A DNA stretch of 64,000 nucleotides. Origin: an uncultured bacterium (GTDB lineage: Bacteria; Desulfobacterota_D; UBA1144; Nemesobacterales; UBA2774). The position numbers and the translations under genes were made by a program. The notes beneath the pieces were generated by a model. It searched no databases. It saw only the letters and a program-made list of their open reading frames with translations, and was not told the origin of the DNA. Where the stretch lies: contig CAWGRW010000009.1 in NCBI GenBank assembly GCA_963825135.1, positions 2,496,001-2,560,000 on the forward strand, in the 5' to 3' direction. Shown here piece after piece: positions 35,476 to 45,932 of this stretch; within the stretch, counting starts at the first letter, position 1, and each line of letters begins with the position of its first letter.

Positions 35476-36480
35476 TCATTGGTTACCCGTAAATTTGGGG
35501 TCTATCGCGTTCCTGAAACCCTCTCCCAGGAGGTTGAAAGCGGTCACCGTTAGAAATATAGCCGCGCCCGGAAATAGGACAAGCCACCACGCGAAATCCA
35601 CGTACCTCTGGGACTGAGAGAGCACGTCCCCCCAGCTCGGGTCCGGAGGGGGCACGCCGAACCCCAGAAAGCTGAGCCCGGATTCGACAAGTATCGCCCC
35701 TGCAATCCCGAATGTAGAGTCCACGAGCACGGGGGCGAGCCCGTTCGGAAGCATGTGCTTCATCATGACCCTCAGGTCGCTGCCGCCTAACGCGACCGCC
35801 GCCTCGACGTATTCGTATTTCCGGAGCTTTAAGAACTCTCCCCTTATCAGACGCGCCACGCCCGTCCAGCTGGTGGCCCCTATCACTATCATTATGTTAT
35901 ATATGCTCGGGTCTCTGAAAGCGAGTATGGTCAGTATGAGGAAAAACACCGGGAACGTCATCATCACCTCGAAGAGGCGCGATACTATAAAATCTGTCGT
36001 CCCCCCGTAAAAACCTGCGATGCCGCCCAGTATTATTCCGATTACCGCCGATATGCCGACCGCTATGAACCCTATCGAGAGCGATATCCGCGCCCCGTAA
36101 ATCATCCTGGACAGAACGTCCCTCCCCCTGTCGTCCGTGCCGAAGAGGTGCTCGCCCGAGGGCGGGTCCAGTATGGCCATGAGGTTATTTTCCGTGGGGC
36201 TGTATCTGACCGGCGGGAACACTGCGAAGTCCCCGGGCGCGAGCTTTTTGTCGAGGTCCTTAAAATCCGTCTCGAAGAACTCACTGTAGCGAAAGAGCAC
36301 CGGGAAATAATAATGACCCTCGTACCTGAGCACTATGGGCTTGTTTCCGGCGAGAAAGCTCTCGAATACGGCTACGAATACCAATAGAAGTATAACGATA
36401 AGGGCTCCCAGCGCCATCCTGTCCCTTTTGAATTTCCTCCAGACGCTCCCCCAGTATCCGACGCTCTTTTTCTCCGTCAC
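35476..36480 (-). CDS. oppC: Oligopeptide ABC transporter permease (OppC-like)
   Basis: GTDDRGRDV, EAAVALG loop, ESGLSFLG. Confidence 0.9.
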   Translation of the reverse strand: MTEKKSVGYWGSVWRKFKRDRMALGALIVILLLVFVAVFESFLAGNKPIVLRYEGHYYFPVLFRYSEFFETDFKDLDKKLAPGDFAVFPPVRYSPTENNLMAILDPPSGEHLFGTDDRGRDVLSRMIYGARISLSIGFIAVGISAVIGIILGGIAGFYGGTTDFIVSRLFEVMMTFPVFFLILTILAFRDPSIYNIMIVIGATSWTGVARLIRGEFLKLRKYEYVEAAVALGGSDLRVMMKHMLPNGLAPVLVDSTFGIAGAILVESGLSFLGFGVPPPDPSWGDVLSQSQRYVDFAWWLVLFPGAAIFLTVTAFNLLGEGFRNAIDPKFTGNQ

Positions 36481-37478
36481 CTTCTGCCCTCGAAGCTGAT
36501 CCTCGGGTCGATGAGCACGTAAACGAGGTCAGATATAAGGATTCCGATAAGGGTTAGGAAAGCGGATATGGTGGCGATAGCCATAATCATCGGATAGTCG
36601 CGGGCGAGCACGGACTCGAACCCGAGCTGCCCTATGCCGGGTATGGAGAAGATGGTCTCGATTATGACGCTCCCGCCTATCATGGCGGGGAGTATCCCGG
36701 CCAGTATCGTGATAATCGGTATGAGCGCGTTCCTGAGCGCGTGCTTGAGGAGCACCTTGGACCGCGGCAGCCCCTTGGCGGTGGCCGTCCTCACGAAATC
36801 CTCCCTGAGGACCTCCATCAGGCTCCCCTTCTGGAACCTCGAAAGGTAAGCGAGGCTCCCGTACGTGAGGCAGAACACGGGCAGCACTATGTGCCAGAGG
36901 AAATTCGCCGCTTTCTCTATGAATGGGTAGTTCTCCGCCCCCGGCGAGAGAATTCCGTAAACGGGGAAGACGTTCCAGTACTCGCCCCCGCCCAGAAAGA
37001 ATATAAGTATCATGGCCATCCAGAAGCTCGGGATCGAGTAGAGTATGAAGAGGAAGAACGTGCTCGCCCTTTCTCCGGGGCTCCCGTGCCTTACGGCGGA
37101 ATACACCCCTACCGGTATGGCGATTATATATATGAGGAAGATCGATATTACGTTGAGCGTAATCGTGATGGGCAGCCGCTCGGCAATTTTGTCTATGACG
37201 GGGCGGTGGTCCTTATACGACCGGCCGAAGTCAAGCGTGACAATCTGCTTGAGCCATATCCCGTAGCGGATGTATATCGGCTTGTCGAGGCCGTAGAGCT
37301 TCTTCGTCTCCTCGACTATCTCCTTCGTTATGGCCTCGGATTTTATCCCCTCGTCCAGCTGGAGCTTCCTTTCGACGGGGTTTCCGGGGGCGAGCTGTAT
37401 TATAAAGAAGGTGATTACCGTTATGCCCAGCATTGTGGGAATAAGGAGCAGGAGCCGCTTTATGATGTAGTCTCTCAT
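36477..37478 (-). CDS. oppB: Oligopeptide ABC transporter permease (OppB-like)
   Basis: YGLDKP, DFGRS, TATAKGL, HALRNA, IETIFSIPG. Confidence 0.9.
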   Translation of the reverse strand: MRDYIIKRLLLLIPTMLGITVITFFIIQLAPGNPVERKLQLDEGIKSEAITKEIVEETKKLYGLDKPIYIRYGIWLKQIVTLDFGRSYKDHRPVIDKIAERLPITITLNVISIFLIYIIAIPVGVYSAVRHGSPGERASTFFLFILYSIPSFWMAMILIFFLGGGEYWNVFPVYGILSPGAENYPFIEKAANFLWHIVLPVFCLTYGSLAYLSRFQKGSLMEVLREDFVRTATAKGLPRSKVLLKHALRNALIPIITILAGILPAMIGGSVIIETIFSIPGIGQLGFESVLARDYPMIMAIATISAFLTLIGILISDLVYVLIDPRISFEGRR

Positions 37479-37633
37479 GTCCGGGTCAAAGGGAATTATA
37501 TGCGGTTATCGGGAAAATATTAAGCGCGGAATATAAAACGGCGCCCGAAGTCCCCGCCCGGCTTAAAATTATACGGGTATTCGGGAATGAATCTCCTCTC
37601 AACTGCAGGCGGTTCAGCAGTCCGTTCCCTGCG

Positions 37634-39307
37634 TCACTCCGTATATTTCTGAAGCCCTTGAGGCACGTACCATTCCAGGGGGTCTACGCCCAGGGGATAG
37701 ACTATGACGTTCTCGAACCGTTTGGCGACGGCGACGGTCGCCTTTCTGCAGAAGAGGAACGTATAGGGCTGCTCGTCGTTTACGATCTCCGAGAACTTTC
37801 TGTATAGCTCTATCCTCTTTCTGTCTGTCGAACTCCTGGCGCGCCTGCTCGATTAATCTGTCGGCCTCGGCGTTCTTGAACCCGACGAAGTTGGAGCCGC
37901 TCTCGGCCTGTGTCGAGCTCCATATCTGGTAGGGGTCCGACTCTACCCCCATCGACCAGGCGAGCGTCACGGCGTCGAACTTCCTTTCGTTTAACCTCAT
38001 CGTGAATACGGCCCACTCGGTCTTGCGTATGTCCATCGCTATCCCCACGTGGTCGAGCTCTTCCTTGAGAATTGTCGCTATCTTTTCTCCCGTCTCGGAG
38101 CCGCCGGGTATGAGGAATTCGAAAGCGAACTTTACGCCGTCCTTGTCCCTTATGCCGTCCCCGTCGTGGTCTGTCCATCCGGCCTCGTCGAGGAGTCTTT
38201 TGGCCTCCGCCGGGTCGTAGGAAATGGGCTTTATGTCCTTATCGTACTCCGGGCTGTTGATGTAAAAGGGGTTCGTCACGACGGCCCCCAGGTTAAACAT
38301 TATCTTCTCGAGGATGAGCTCCCGGTTTACCAGGTGCGTCATCGCGGTCCTTACGCGCTTGTCCGAGAAAAAGGGCCTCGCCGAATTCCAACCTATGTAG
38401 CTGTAGTTGGGAGTGTAATAACTATACTTGTCGAAGTGCTTTTCAAAATCAGGGGAGCTTGTCTGCTTCTCCCATTGTATGGGGGTGAGGCTCGCGATGT
38501 CGAGCTCCTGCCGTTTCAGCACCTGGAGCGCGACCGAAGGGTCCGTGATTATCCTGAACACGATCTTATCGAGGTGAGGCTTTTTTCCCCAGTAGTCGTT
38601 GTTCTTCTCGAGCACCACTTCCCTGCCCGTAGTCCACTTGACGAACCTGTACGGGCCCGTGCCCACCGGGGCCCTCCCCGCGGGATTGGTGTTGAAGTCC
38701 CCCTTCTCGAATATGTGCTTCGGCACTATGGGGATGCCGCCGCAGAATTCGAGCGCGAGGAAGTAGGGCCTCGCGTAAGTGAACTTGACCGTATGCTCGT
38801 TCAATCGGCCTCGACGTTCTTTATCTCCTGGTAGTAGCTCCTTAGCTGGGGGGCGTCGACCTTGGGGTCCATTATCGTCTTGTACGAGAACACTATGTCG
38901 TCAGCCGTGAAAGGGACGCCGTCCTGCCATTTTACGCCCTTTTTTATCGTGAACGTGTACGTGAGCTTGTCGTCCGATATGGTCCAGGACTCGGCCAGAA
39001 GCGGTTTCAATTCGAGGGATTTGTTGTCGCGCTTGACGAGGGTCTCGTAGATATTCCCGCCAGTGATTATCCCCTCGTACGCGTCCGTCGCCGTTATGGG
39101 GTTGAGCGTAGCGGGCTCCGCGCCCAGGTGGTAGATGAGCCAGTCGCCGTCGGCCGGCTCAGGCGCGGGGTTGTCCGGGGCTCCGGCGGATGTCTTTTTC
39201 TCCCCGGAGGCGGGTTCCGTCGCTTCATCCCGCGACTTGCACGAGATCAGAGCGGATATCAGGGCTATAGAAAGGACGGCGAAGAGGAAAGTTCTTTTCA
39301 ATTTCAT
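37634..39307 (-). CDS. oppA: Peptide-binding ABC lipoprotein (OppA-like), two apparent frameshifts (~38805, ~37819)
   Basis: Lipobox LISC, PLLAESW, WQDGVPFTADD, GTGPY; the C-terminus KRIELYRKFSEIVNDEQPYTFL...WYVP is in another frame and stops at 37634. Confidence 0.85.
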
Positions 39308-39333
39308 CTCCTTATTTTGTACTCTTTCGTGAA

Positions 39334-40095
39334 TTAATCGTTGCCGGGTTTGTCGAGCTTCCTGAGAAGAGGTGTAATTAGGTCTATAGGAAGCGGGAAT
39401 ACTATCGTCGTGTTCTTTTCCGAGGACATTTCGAGCAGCGTCTGGAGATATCTCAGCTGTAAAGACATCGGATTACGGGACAGAATATCGGATGCGTCGG
39501 CGAGCCTGGTCGCGGCCTGGTATTCGCCCTCCGCGGAGATGACCTTGGCCCGCCTCTCCCTCTCCGCCTCCGCCTGCTTGGCCATGGCGCGCTGCATCTC
39601 CTGGGGGAGGTCGACATACTTAACCTCTACGAGAGTGACTTTTATTCCCCAGGGGTCGGTATGCTTGTCGAGCACCTCCTGGAGCTTCATGTTGAGGGTC
39701 TCCCTCTCGGCCAGGAGCTCGTCGAGCTCCACCTGCCCGAGTATGCTCCTTAGCGTGGTCTGCGCGAGCTGGGAGGTGGCGTAGAGGTAATTTTCAACCT
39801 GTATCACCGCCTTCACCGGGTCGACGACGCGGAAATATACGACGGCGTTCACCTTGACCGAGACGTTGTCCTTCGTGATTATGTCCTGGGGCGGCACGTC
39901 CATCGTGATCACCCGGAGGCTTATCTTTATCATTTTATCCACCATCGGGATTATCCACTTAAAGCCGGGCCCCTTGGGCTCTACTATCCTGCCCAGCCTG
40001 AATACCACGCCCCTCTCGTACTCGTTCAGTATTCTTACTCCGGACAGTATCAGCAGCACTAAAATTCCGACGAATATTATTAGCGGTGAAAACAT
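39334..40095 (-). CDS. SPFH/stomatin-like (slipin) protein
   Basis: [43 protein letters not shown]. Confidence 0.93.
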   Translation of the reverse strand: MFSPLIIFVGILVLLILSGVRILNEYERGVVFRLGRIVEPKGPGFKWIIPMVDKMIKISLRVITMDVPPQDIITKDNVSVKVNAVVYFRVVDPVKAVIQVENYLYATSQLAQTTLRSILGQVELDELLAERETLNMKLQEVLDKHTDPWGIKVTLVEVKYVDLPQEMQRAMAKQAEAERERRAKVISAEGEYQAATRLADASDILSRNPMSLQLRYLQTLLEMSSEKNTTIVFPLPIDLITPLLRKLDKPGND

Positions 40096-40118
40096 AATTA
40101 CCTCCTCGGCAAATTGAT

Positions 40119-41537
40119 TCAGATCTTTTTTACTTTAAGCTTGAACCCCGAAAGCGCTTCCGTGACCCTGACCCTGTCCCCCTTTTGCACCGGCTCGTCG
40201 CTTACGGCGTCCCAGTATTCGCCGTCGATGAAGACCTTGCCCGCGGCGTGAATTTCCGAAACCGCGCCGCCCTCTTTCCCTACGAGCCCCTCGTACCCCA
40301 TGCCGGGCGATAACCTCTGCGCCTTGATCAAATAGAATATCACATATGCGAAGAAGAGTCCGAAGGCGAGCGTAGAGGCGATCACGGAATCAAACCCGAC
40401 CCTCACATCGGACTCGGGGGTGTCGAAAAGAAGAAGAGCCCCGAGGGCGAAGCTTATGAGCCCGCCCAATATCAGCACGCCGTAGCTCGTGACGTAGATT
40501 TCGGCTATGAAGAGCGCTATGCCGAGGACGAGAAGCGCTATGCCCGCGTAGTTAAAAGGGAGTATCTGGAAAGAGACGAACCCCATGATCAGGCACACGG
40601 CCCCGGCGACTCCGGGGAAGACGAGGCCCGGGTGGTAGAATTCGAGGAGCAGGCCGAGCGAGCCCAGGGACAGGAGGAGGAACGCTATATCGGGAGTGCT
40701 CAGAATGTCGATGAGCCTCTGCTTGGCGTTCATCGGGATTCTCGATATTACGGCCCCTGTCGTGTGAAGCGTCTTTTCGGCGCCGGGCAGTTTCACCTCC
40801 CTTCCGTCTATATCTTTAACGAGGCCGTCGAGGTCGGGGGCGATCAAGTCGATGACGTGCATCCTGAGCGCCTCGGTCGATGTGATGGAGGAGCTTTTCC
40901 TCACGGCCTGCTCCGCCCACTTCACGTTCCTGCCCCTCTCCTCGGCGATGCTTTCGATAAAGGACGAGGCGTAGTTCTCGAGCTTCTCCCCCATGATGTC
41001 CTTCGCCGGACCATCGCCAGGCGGATTGCCTGCTCTTTTAACGGGCGTGTTATCCCCGCCGTTATTCCCTTCCTGTCCGTCCTTTCTGCCGGGCTCCTCT
41101 CCCGACGGTTCGAGCGAGACCGGGTGGGCCGCCCCTATGCTCGTGCCGGGGGCCATCGCGGCGATATTCGCCGAGAGCGTGATGAATACGCCCGCCGAGG
41201 TCGCGGAAGCCCCCTTGGGAGAGACGTAAACGACTACGGGGACGGGGGAGTTGAGTATGAGTTTCACGATCTCCTTCGTGGAGTTGAGCAGCCCTCCGGG
41301 GGTGTCGAGGAGGATTATCAGCGCCTCCGCGGATTTTCCCTCCGCCTCGTCTATTCCCGTCCGGATGTAATCGAGCGCTGCGGGGTTGATCATTCCGTTT
41401 ATTTCTATTACGACTATTCCGGGAGAGGGTTCTTTGCCCGCGGGCGCAGATTCGGCCAGCGGGTAGGCCTCATTAATGTTTATCGGCGACAGATAAAATG
41501 ACAGTGTTATTAATATTAAGGGGATTAGCCTGATCAT
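40119..41537 (-). CDS. nfeD: NfeD long-form membrane serine protease
   Basis: DTPGG, ATSAG, GAAHPV, TM region and C-terminal GEYW OB domain; paired with the SPFH gene. Confidence 0.92.
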   Translation of the reverse strand: MIRLIPLILITLSFYLSPININEAYPLAESAPAGKEPSPGIVVIEINGMINPAALDYIRTGIDEAEGKSAEALIILLDTPGGLLNSTKEIVKLILNSPVPVVVYVSPKGASATSAGVFITLSANIAAMAPGTSIGAAHPVSLEPSGEEPGRKDGQEGNNGGDNTPVKRAGNPPGDGPAKDIMGEKLENYASSFIESIAEERGRNVKWAEQAVRKSSSITSTEALRMHVIDLIAPDLDGLVKDIDGREVKLPGAEKTLHTTGAVISRIPMNAKQRLIDILSTPDIAFLLLSLGSLGLLLEFYHPGLVFPGVAGAVCLIMGFVSFQILPFNYAGIALLVLGIALFIAEIYVTSYGVLILGGLISFALGALLLFDTPESDVRVGFDSVIASTLAFGLFFAYVIFYLIKAQRLSPGMGYEGLVGKEGGAVSEIHAAGKVFIDGEYWDAVSDEPVQKGDRVRVTEALSGFKLKVKKI

Positions 41538-41673
41538 GCCCTCGCTCCCGGTTTAGTTTAGCCCCGCGGGCGGTAAACCGCAAGGAAAAGCCCCCGCCTG
41601 GGTGCGCGCCCGGGGCGGGGGGAAGGGTCGAAATAACCTTGTAATTCCGATACCTCTGATTATAATTCTCCCC

Positions 41674-42354
41674 ATGGCTACGAAAATTAAATACACGCGG
41701 AAAGAGCTCAAGGGCCCGGATAAGTTCAGCAGCACGGTCATCGCGGGCTTCGAATATTTTTCCGATCACTCGAAAAAAATAGTACTGGTGGTGGCGGCCG
41801 TGATCGTGGTGCTCGTCGCCGCTTACGCTATAAACCGTCACGGCGAAGGGAACCAGGACAAAGCGGCCATGATGTTCACGGGCGCGGTTGAAAAATATAA
41901 CGCGGGAGATCTAAACGGGGCGGTCTCGGAGTTCCTTTCGTTAAAGAGCGCATACCCTGACGCCAAAATAACGAAAATCGCGCTCTACTACGCGGGGCTT
42001 ATTAATTTCAAGCTCGGGAAATACGACGAGTCCATAAACGAGCTCGATGAATTTCTGAATTCCGGCGTCAAGGAAGACATGCTTAACCAGTCGGCGCTTC
42101 TGACCCAGGGGCTCGCGAGGTTCGAACAGGGCAACTGGCAGCAGGCGGTCGAGTTCCTTTCGCAATTCCAGAAAATGCCAGATGGACCTTTACGGGACCG
42201 GGCAAACGTCCATCTGGCCATGGCGTATGAAAAGATGGGGCAGCCGCAGAAGGCGAAAGAGATATACAGGGAGATGAATAAAGCCTCTTCCGGCATGAAC
42301 CGCGGCCTGCCGCCGGTCAGCGTCAACACCTCTTCGGCAAAAAAACAGAACTAG
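41674..42354 (+). CDS. Membrane-anchored TPR protein (YfgM-like)
   Basis: RKELKGPDKF N-terminus, single TM, TPR-like helices. Confidence 0.75.
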   Translation: MATKIKYTRKELKGPDKFSSTVIAGFEYFSDHSKKIVLVVAAVIVVLVAAYAINRHGEGNQDKAAMMFTGAVEKYNAGDLNGAVSEFLSLKSAYPDAKITKIALYYAGLINFKLGKYDESINELDEFLNSGVKEDMLNQSALLTQGLARFEQGNWQQAVEFLSQFQKMPDGPLRDRANVHLAMAYEKMGQPQKAKEIYREMNKASSGMNRGLPPVSVNTSSAKKQN

Positions 42355-42391
42355 TTTCGGCTATTGCGACACGGGGGAACAGGGGTGAGGA

Positions 42392-43720
42392 TTATTGGAC
42401 TTCCCTTACGACCTTCTCTGATATCCAGCCTTCTTTACCGTCTGACGCGACTATCTTTACCCACCTGCCCTTCTTTTCGCCGAGCCCCCTGAACACCTCT
42501 CCCTCTTTTACTATCGTAACGACTTCGCTGCCCATTCCGGGGCCGCTCCTGACGTTGGCCCCTACCCCGATGACCGTGTAATTTACGGAGGCTCCGGGCT
42601 GAGATGAAGCGGGTACGGTGGCGGGCTCTTTTGCCTGAGGAGGGATTGTAAAGGACTTATCCTTCACCGCGGCGGAGTCCGCGTCCGCAACTGTTTTCTC
42701 GTCTCCGGGCACGGCCGGCCGGATCAATTTAGAACTCTCTTTCGCTTTATCCCGGTCAGAATCGGCTGCTGCGGGGGCAGCCGGTTTTTCTTTCACCGCG
42801 GGAGGCGGAATCTTCGGCTTCGCGTTATTTAAGCTCACGGCGTTTGAAGATGTTTTTAAATCCACTACTGACACCTCCTCTACCCCCCACATTCTCATAA
42901 GCATATCGTAGAACAGCACCCCCACGATGATGCCGAGTATGAGGAGGCCCGCTCCCAGGATGTATGAATTCTTTATCTTCGCCTCTTTATCGGATTCTTC
43001 GGTAACGGCATTGGCAGTCGATTTTATCTCCGGCTTCGGCTTTGCGTCCTGCGCCTGCGCCGCGGGCCTCTGCGGCGGCTGCTTTTTCGGCTCGTCGGGT
43101 CCTATGTAATCGATATTCCTATCCCTGGGCTTCACCGTCTCAGTCTGATGCAGCGACGGCTTCACGTAATCGATCCTGGTTACGTCCCCCGGGGCTTCTC
43201 TTTCCTCGACGCTCGAGCCGTTTGATTCGGAAATGCGCGATATCTCCTTCTGAAGCTCCCTCAGCTTGAGGTCGAGGTCCGTCTGGGACGCGCCCAGCTG
43301 GAGGTTGTACACCGAATAGACGGAATCGAGCCTGCCGAGATATTCGTTCTTGTTTTTCTCAATCTCGGTGCTGATGTCGTCCAGGTAATCCCTTATCTCG
43401 CCTACTATGCCGGCCACGGAGGCGGGGCTGAGCTCGGTCTTTCCGGGAGGGGCGAAAAGGTCGTCAGGGCCCCTGACCGGGGCGGGCTCGCGGGACTTCC
43501 TCTCGATGTCGAGGAGCTTGATCGTAAAGCCGCTCAGGCCGAGTTTATATTTGTCGGTGAGGGCCTGAATAAACGTAATCTGCCCCTTGTAGAGCTCCTT
43601 TGACTGTGAAATAAGGTTAAGCGTCTTTATCAGGCGCAAGAGCTCAAGCTCAAAGTTGGCGGAAATCCTTTTAAGGCTCTCACGAGCTATACCGCTGTCA
43701 ATATCCCCTTTCATTTTCAC
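42392..43720 (-). CDS. Bitopic membrane protein: coiled-coil N-terminus, TM, Pro/Ala/Lys linker, C-terminal SH3b domain
   Basis: ANVRSGPG..SEVV..WVKI..GKEGWIS SH3b signature. Confidence 0.75.
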   Translation of the reverse strand: MKMKGDIDSGIARESLKRISANFELELLRLIKTLNLISQSKELYKGQITFIQALTDKYKLGLSGFTIKLLDIERKSREPAPVRGPDDLFAPPGKTELSPASVAGIVGEIRDYLDDISTEIEKNKNEYLGRLDSVYSVYNLQLGASQTDLDLKLRELQKEISRISESNGSSVEEREAPGDVTRIDYVKPSLHQTETVKPRDRNIDYIGPDEPKKQPPQRPAAQAQDAKPKPEIKSTANAVTEESDKEAKIKNSYILGAGLLILGIIVGVLFYDMLMRMWGVEEVSVVDLKTSSNAVSLNNAKPKIPPPAVKEKPAAPAAADSDRDKAKESSKLIRPAVPGDEKTVADADSAAVKDKSFTIPPQAKEPATVPASSQPGASVNYTVIGVGANVRSGPGMGSEVVTIVKEGEVFRGLGEKKGRWVKIVASDGKEGWISEKVVREVQ

Positions 43721-43911
43721 CCGTTTGACGTTTTAATCATAGTATATATGCACAAAGAATGGAATTGTAAATAATTTTTTATCTCCCCCTGCTCCTCCGG
43801 AGGGTTTACCGGAGGGCGCGGGCTTCGCCGTATTAACAGCCGGGGAGCCGGCCACGCGCTGACTATCGCGGATAATTTATCGTTTAATAATGGGGTATTA
43901 ATAAGACCGGT

Positions 43912-44151
43912 TCAACAGGGTTTCATCTTCGATTTGAGAAGGACCTTGAGCCTGTTTCTTATCTCCGGGGTCACGAACGATCTGTCCCCGAGCTTCCCGG
44001 CGAGCTCGAGCATCCTTTTATACGTATCGACGAACGCCCTGCACTCGGGACACTCCCCGGCGTGCTTCTCGAGCTCTTCGAGGGTCTTCATGTCGAGCTC
44101 GTTATCGATGTAGCCCATGATATTCTCTACTAAGTCTTTACACATGAACAT
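43912..44151 (-). CDS. zf-HC2 (ZAS) anti-sigma-like small protein
   Basis: MC..L...IMGYIDNEL......LEKHAGECPEC; GGAG RBS. Confidence 0.8.
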   Translation of the reverse strand: MFMCKDLVENIMGYIDNELDMKTLEELEKHAGECPECRAFVDTYKRMLELAGKLGDRSFVTPEIRNRLKVLLKSKMKPC

Positions 44152-44534
44152 GCTGTGATTGTCTCCCGCCCGCGGGCGGATTTCAGATCCGCGCCGCGTC
44201 CCGCGCAGGTCCCCCGGACCGGGCGGCAAACCCTGGACGCCGCCAAGGCTTCCCTCGGCGCCATACGACATCTTAGATGTAAACTGCCGCGACTCGATTC
44301 AGCGCGCGCTTTCGCGCCGCGCTGCCGCTGAACCCTGATTATATACCCTGCGGTATATCATTGAAAGCCCGGAGTATATGGAAGCAGGGGGCGCGGGCTT
44401 CTATCGTGCGTGGATTGCAATTATAATTTTCTGTGTAAACTTGTAATTCAGGGCCGCCGCGCCGGGAGCGTACCGGCGCCTGGGCCCCTCGATAGAACGG
44501 CAATAAAATACGCCTGCTCCGGAGGGAGAAAATA

Positions 44535-45932
44535 ATGTTCCAGAAACCCGCGACCATCGGGGAGCTCAAGGCGAGCGAGTACAGGGTCCTCTCCGTAAGG
44601 GAGGAGATGAGGAAGAACCTCATCAGGATGCTGAGGGGCGGCGAGACCCCGTTCCCTGGCATAATCGGATACGAAGAAACCGTTATCCCCCAGGTGGAGA
44701 CCGCCATACTCGCGGGGCACGACATCATCTTCATCGGGGAGAGGGGCCAGGCGAAATCCCGGCTCATCAGGGCCCTCACGAACCTCCTCGACGAGGAAGT
44801 GCCGATAATCAAGGGGGGCGAGCTCAACGACGACCCCTACGACCCGATCACCAGATGCTGCAGGGACCTCGTACGGAAGTACGGGGACGACACGGAGATC
44901 GAATGGGTGGGGAGGGAGCACAGGTACAGCGAAAAGCTCGCCACGCCCGACGTCTCGATCGCCGACCTCATTGGCGAGGTGGACCCTATCAAGGTCGCCG
45001 AGGGCAGGTACCTGTCCGACGAGCTCACGATACACTTCGGACTCATACCCAGGACCAACAGGGGCATATTCGCCATAAACGAGCTTCCCGACCTGGTCGA
45101 GAAGGTGCAGGTCGGGCTCTTCAACATCATGGAGGAGAAGGACATACAGGTAAAGGGCTACAAGGTCAGGCTCCCTCTCGACATATGCATCGTGGCTACG
45201 GCCAACCCGGAGGACTATACGAACAGGGGCAGGATAATCACCCCTCTCAAGGACAGGTTCCAGTCCCAGATAAGCACCCATTACCCGAAGACCCGGGAGA
45301 CCGAGATAATCATAATGGAGCAGGAAGCCTTCGTGCCCGATATAGACGGTATAACCCTCAGGGTGCCGAGGTTCATAAAGGAGATAATCGCCGAGATATC
45401 GTTTCAGGCGCGGGGTTCGGCGGACATCAACCAGCGCTCCGGCGTGAGCGTAAGGACGTCGATCGCGAACTACGAGAGCGTCATCGCGGCGGCGGAAAAG
45501 AGGGGGATAAGGCTCGGGGAGCGCGAGGTCGCGCCCAGGATAACTGACTTCCCGTCTATCGTGCAGTCTACGAGCGGCAAGATAGAGCTCGAATACCTGG
45601 GGGACGACTCTTCGGAGGCGGCCGTGGTGGAAAAACTGATAAGGCGCTCCATCAAGACCGTCTTCGACGGCTATTTCCCCTCCCTCGACTTCATGTCGGA
45701 ACTCATAAAGAGCTTCGAGCACGGCTACGTCGAGGTCGCCGACGTTATGCCGTCCGAGGACTACATGATGGGGTTAAGAGAGATAAAGGGCCTCCAGGGC
45801 TGCGTCGACTCGCTCGGCGTAGCGGAATCTCCCGCCGAGATCGCGGCCGCCGTGGAATTCACGCTCGAAGGGCTCCACCTGAACAACAAGCTCAACAAGG
45901 AAAACGTCCGGGGAAAGATAATCTACAAATGA
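44535..45932 (+). CDS. Mg-chelatase-like AAA+ ATPase (Rv0958-like)
   Basis: GERGQAKS Walker A, FAINELPDL Walker B variant, TANPEDYTNRGRIITPLKDRF. Confidence 0.88.
   Translation: MFQKPATIGELKASEYRVLSVREEMRKNLIRMLRGGETPFPGIIGYEETVIPQVETAILAGHDIIFIGERGQAKSRLIRALTNLLDEEVPIIKGGELNDDPYDPITRCCRDLVRKYGDDTEIEWVGREHRYSEKLATPDVSIADLIGEVDPIKVAEGRYLSDELTIHFGLIPRTNRGIFAINELPDLVEKVQVGLFNIMEEKDIQVKGYKVRLPLDICIVATANPEDYTNRGRIITPLKDRFQSQISTHYPKTRETEIIIMEQEAFVPDIDGITLRVPRFIKEIIAEISFQARGSADINQRSGVSVRTSIANYESVIAAAEKRGIRLGEREVAPRITDFPSIVQSTSGKIELEYLGDDSSEAAVVEKLIRRSIKTVFDGYFPSLDFMSELIKSFEHGYVEVADVMPSEDYMMGLREIKGLQGCVDSLGVAESPAEIAAAVEFTLEGLHLNNKLNKENVRGKIIYK

Noticed and set aside
44280..44460. 6S RNA call
   Set aside because: I could not establish the long rod with central bubble, and the usual zapA/ygfA/rny context is missing; kept only as an unassigned structured region.
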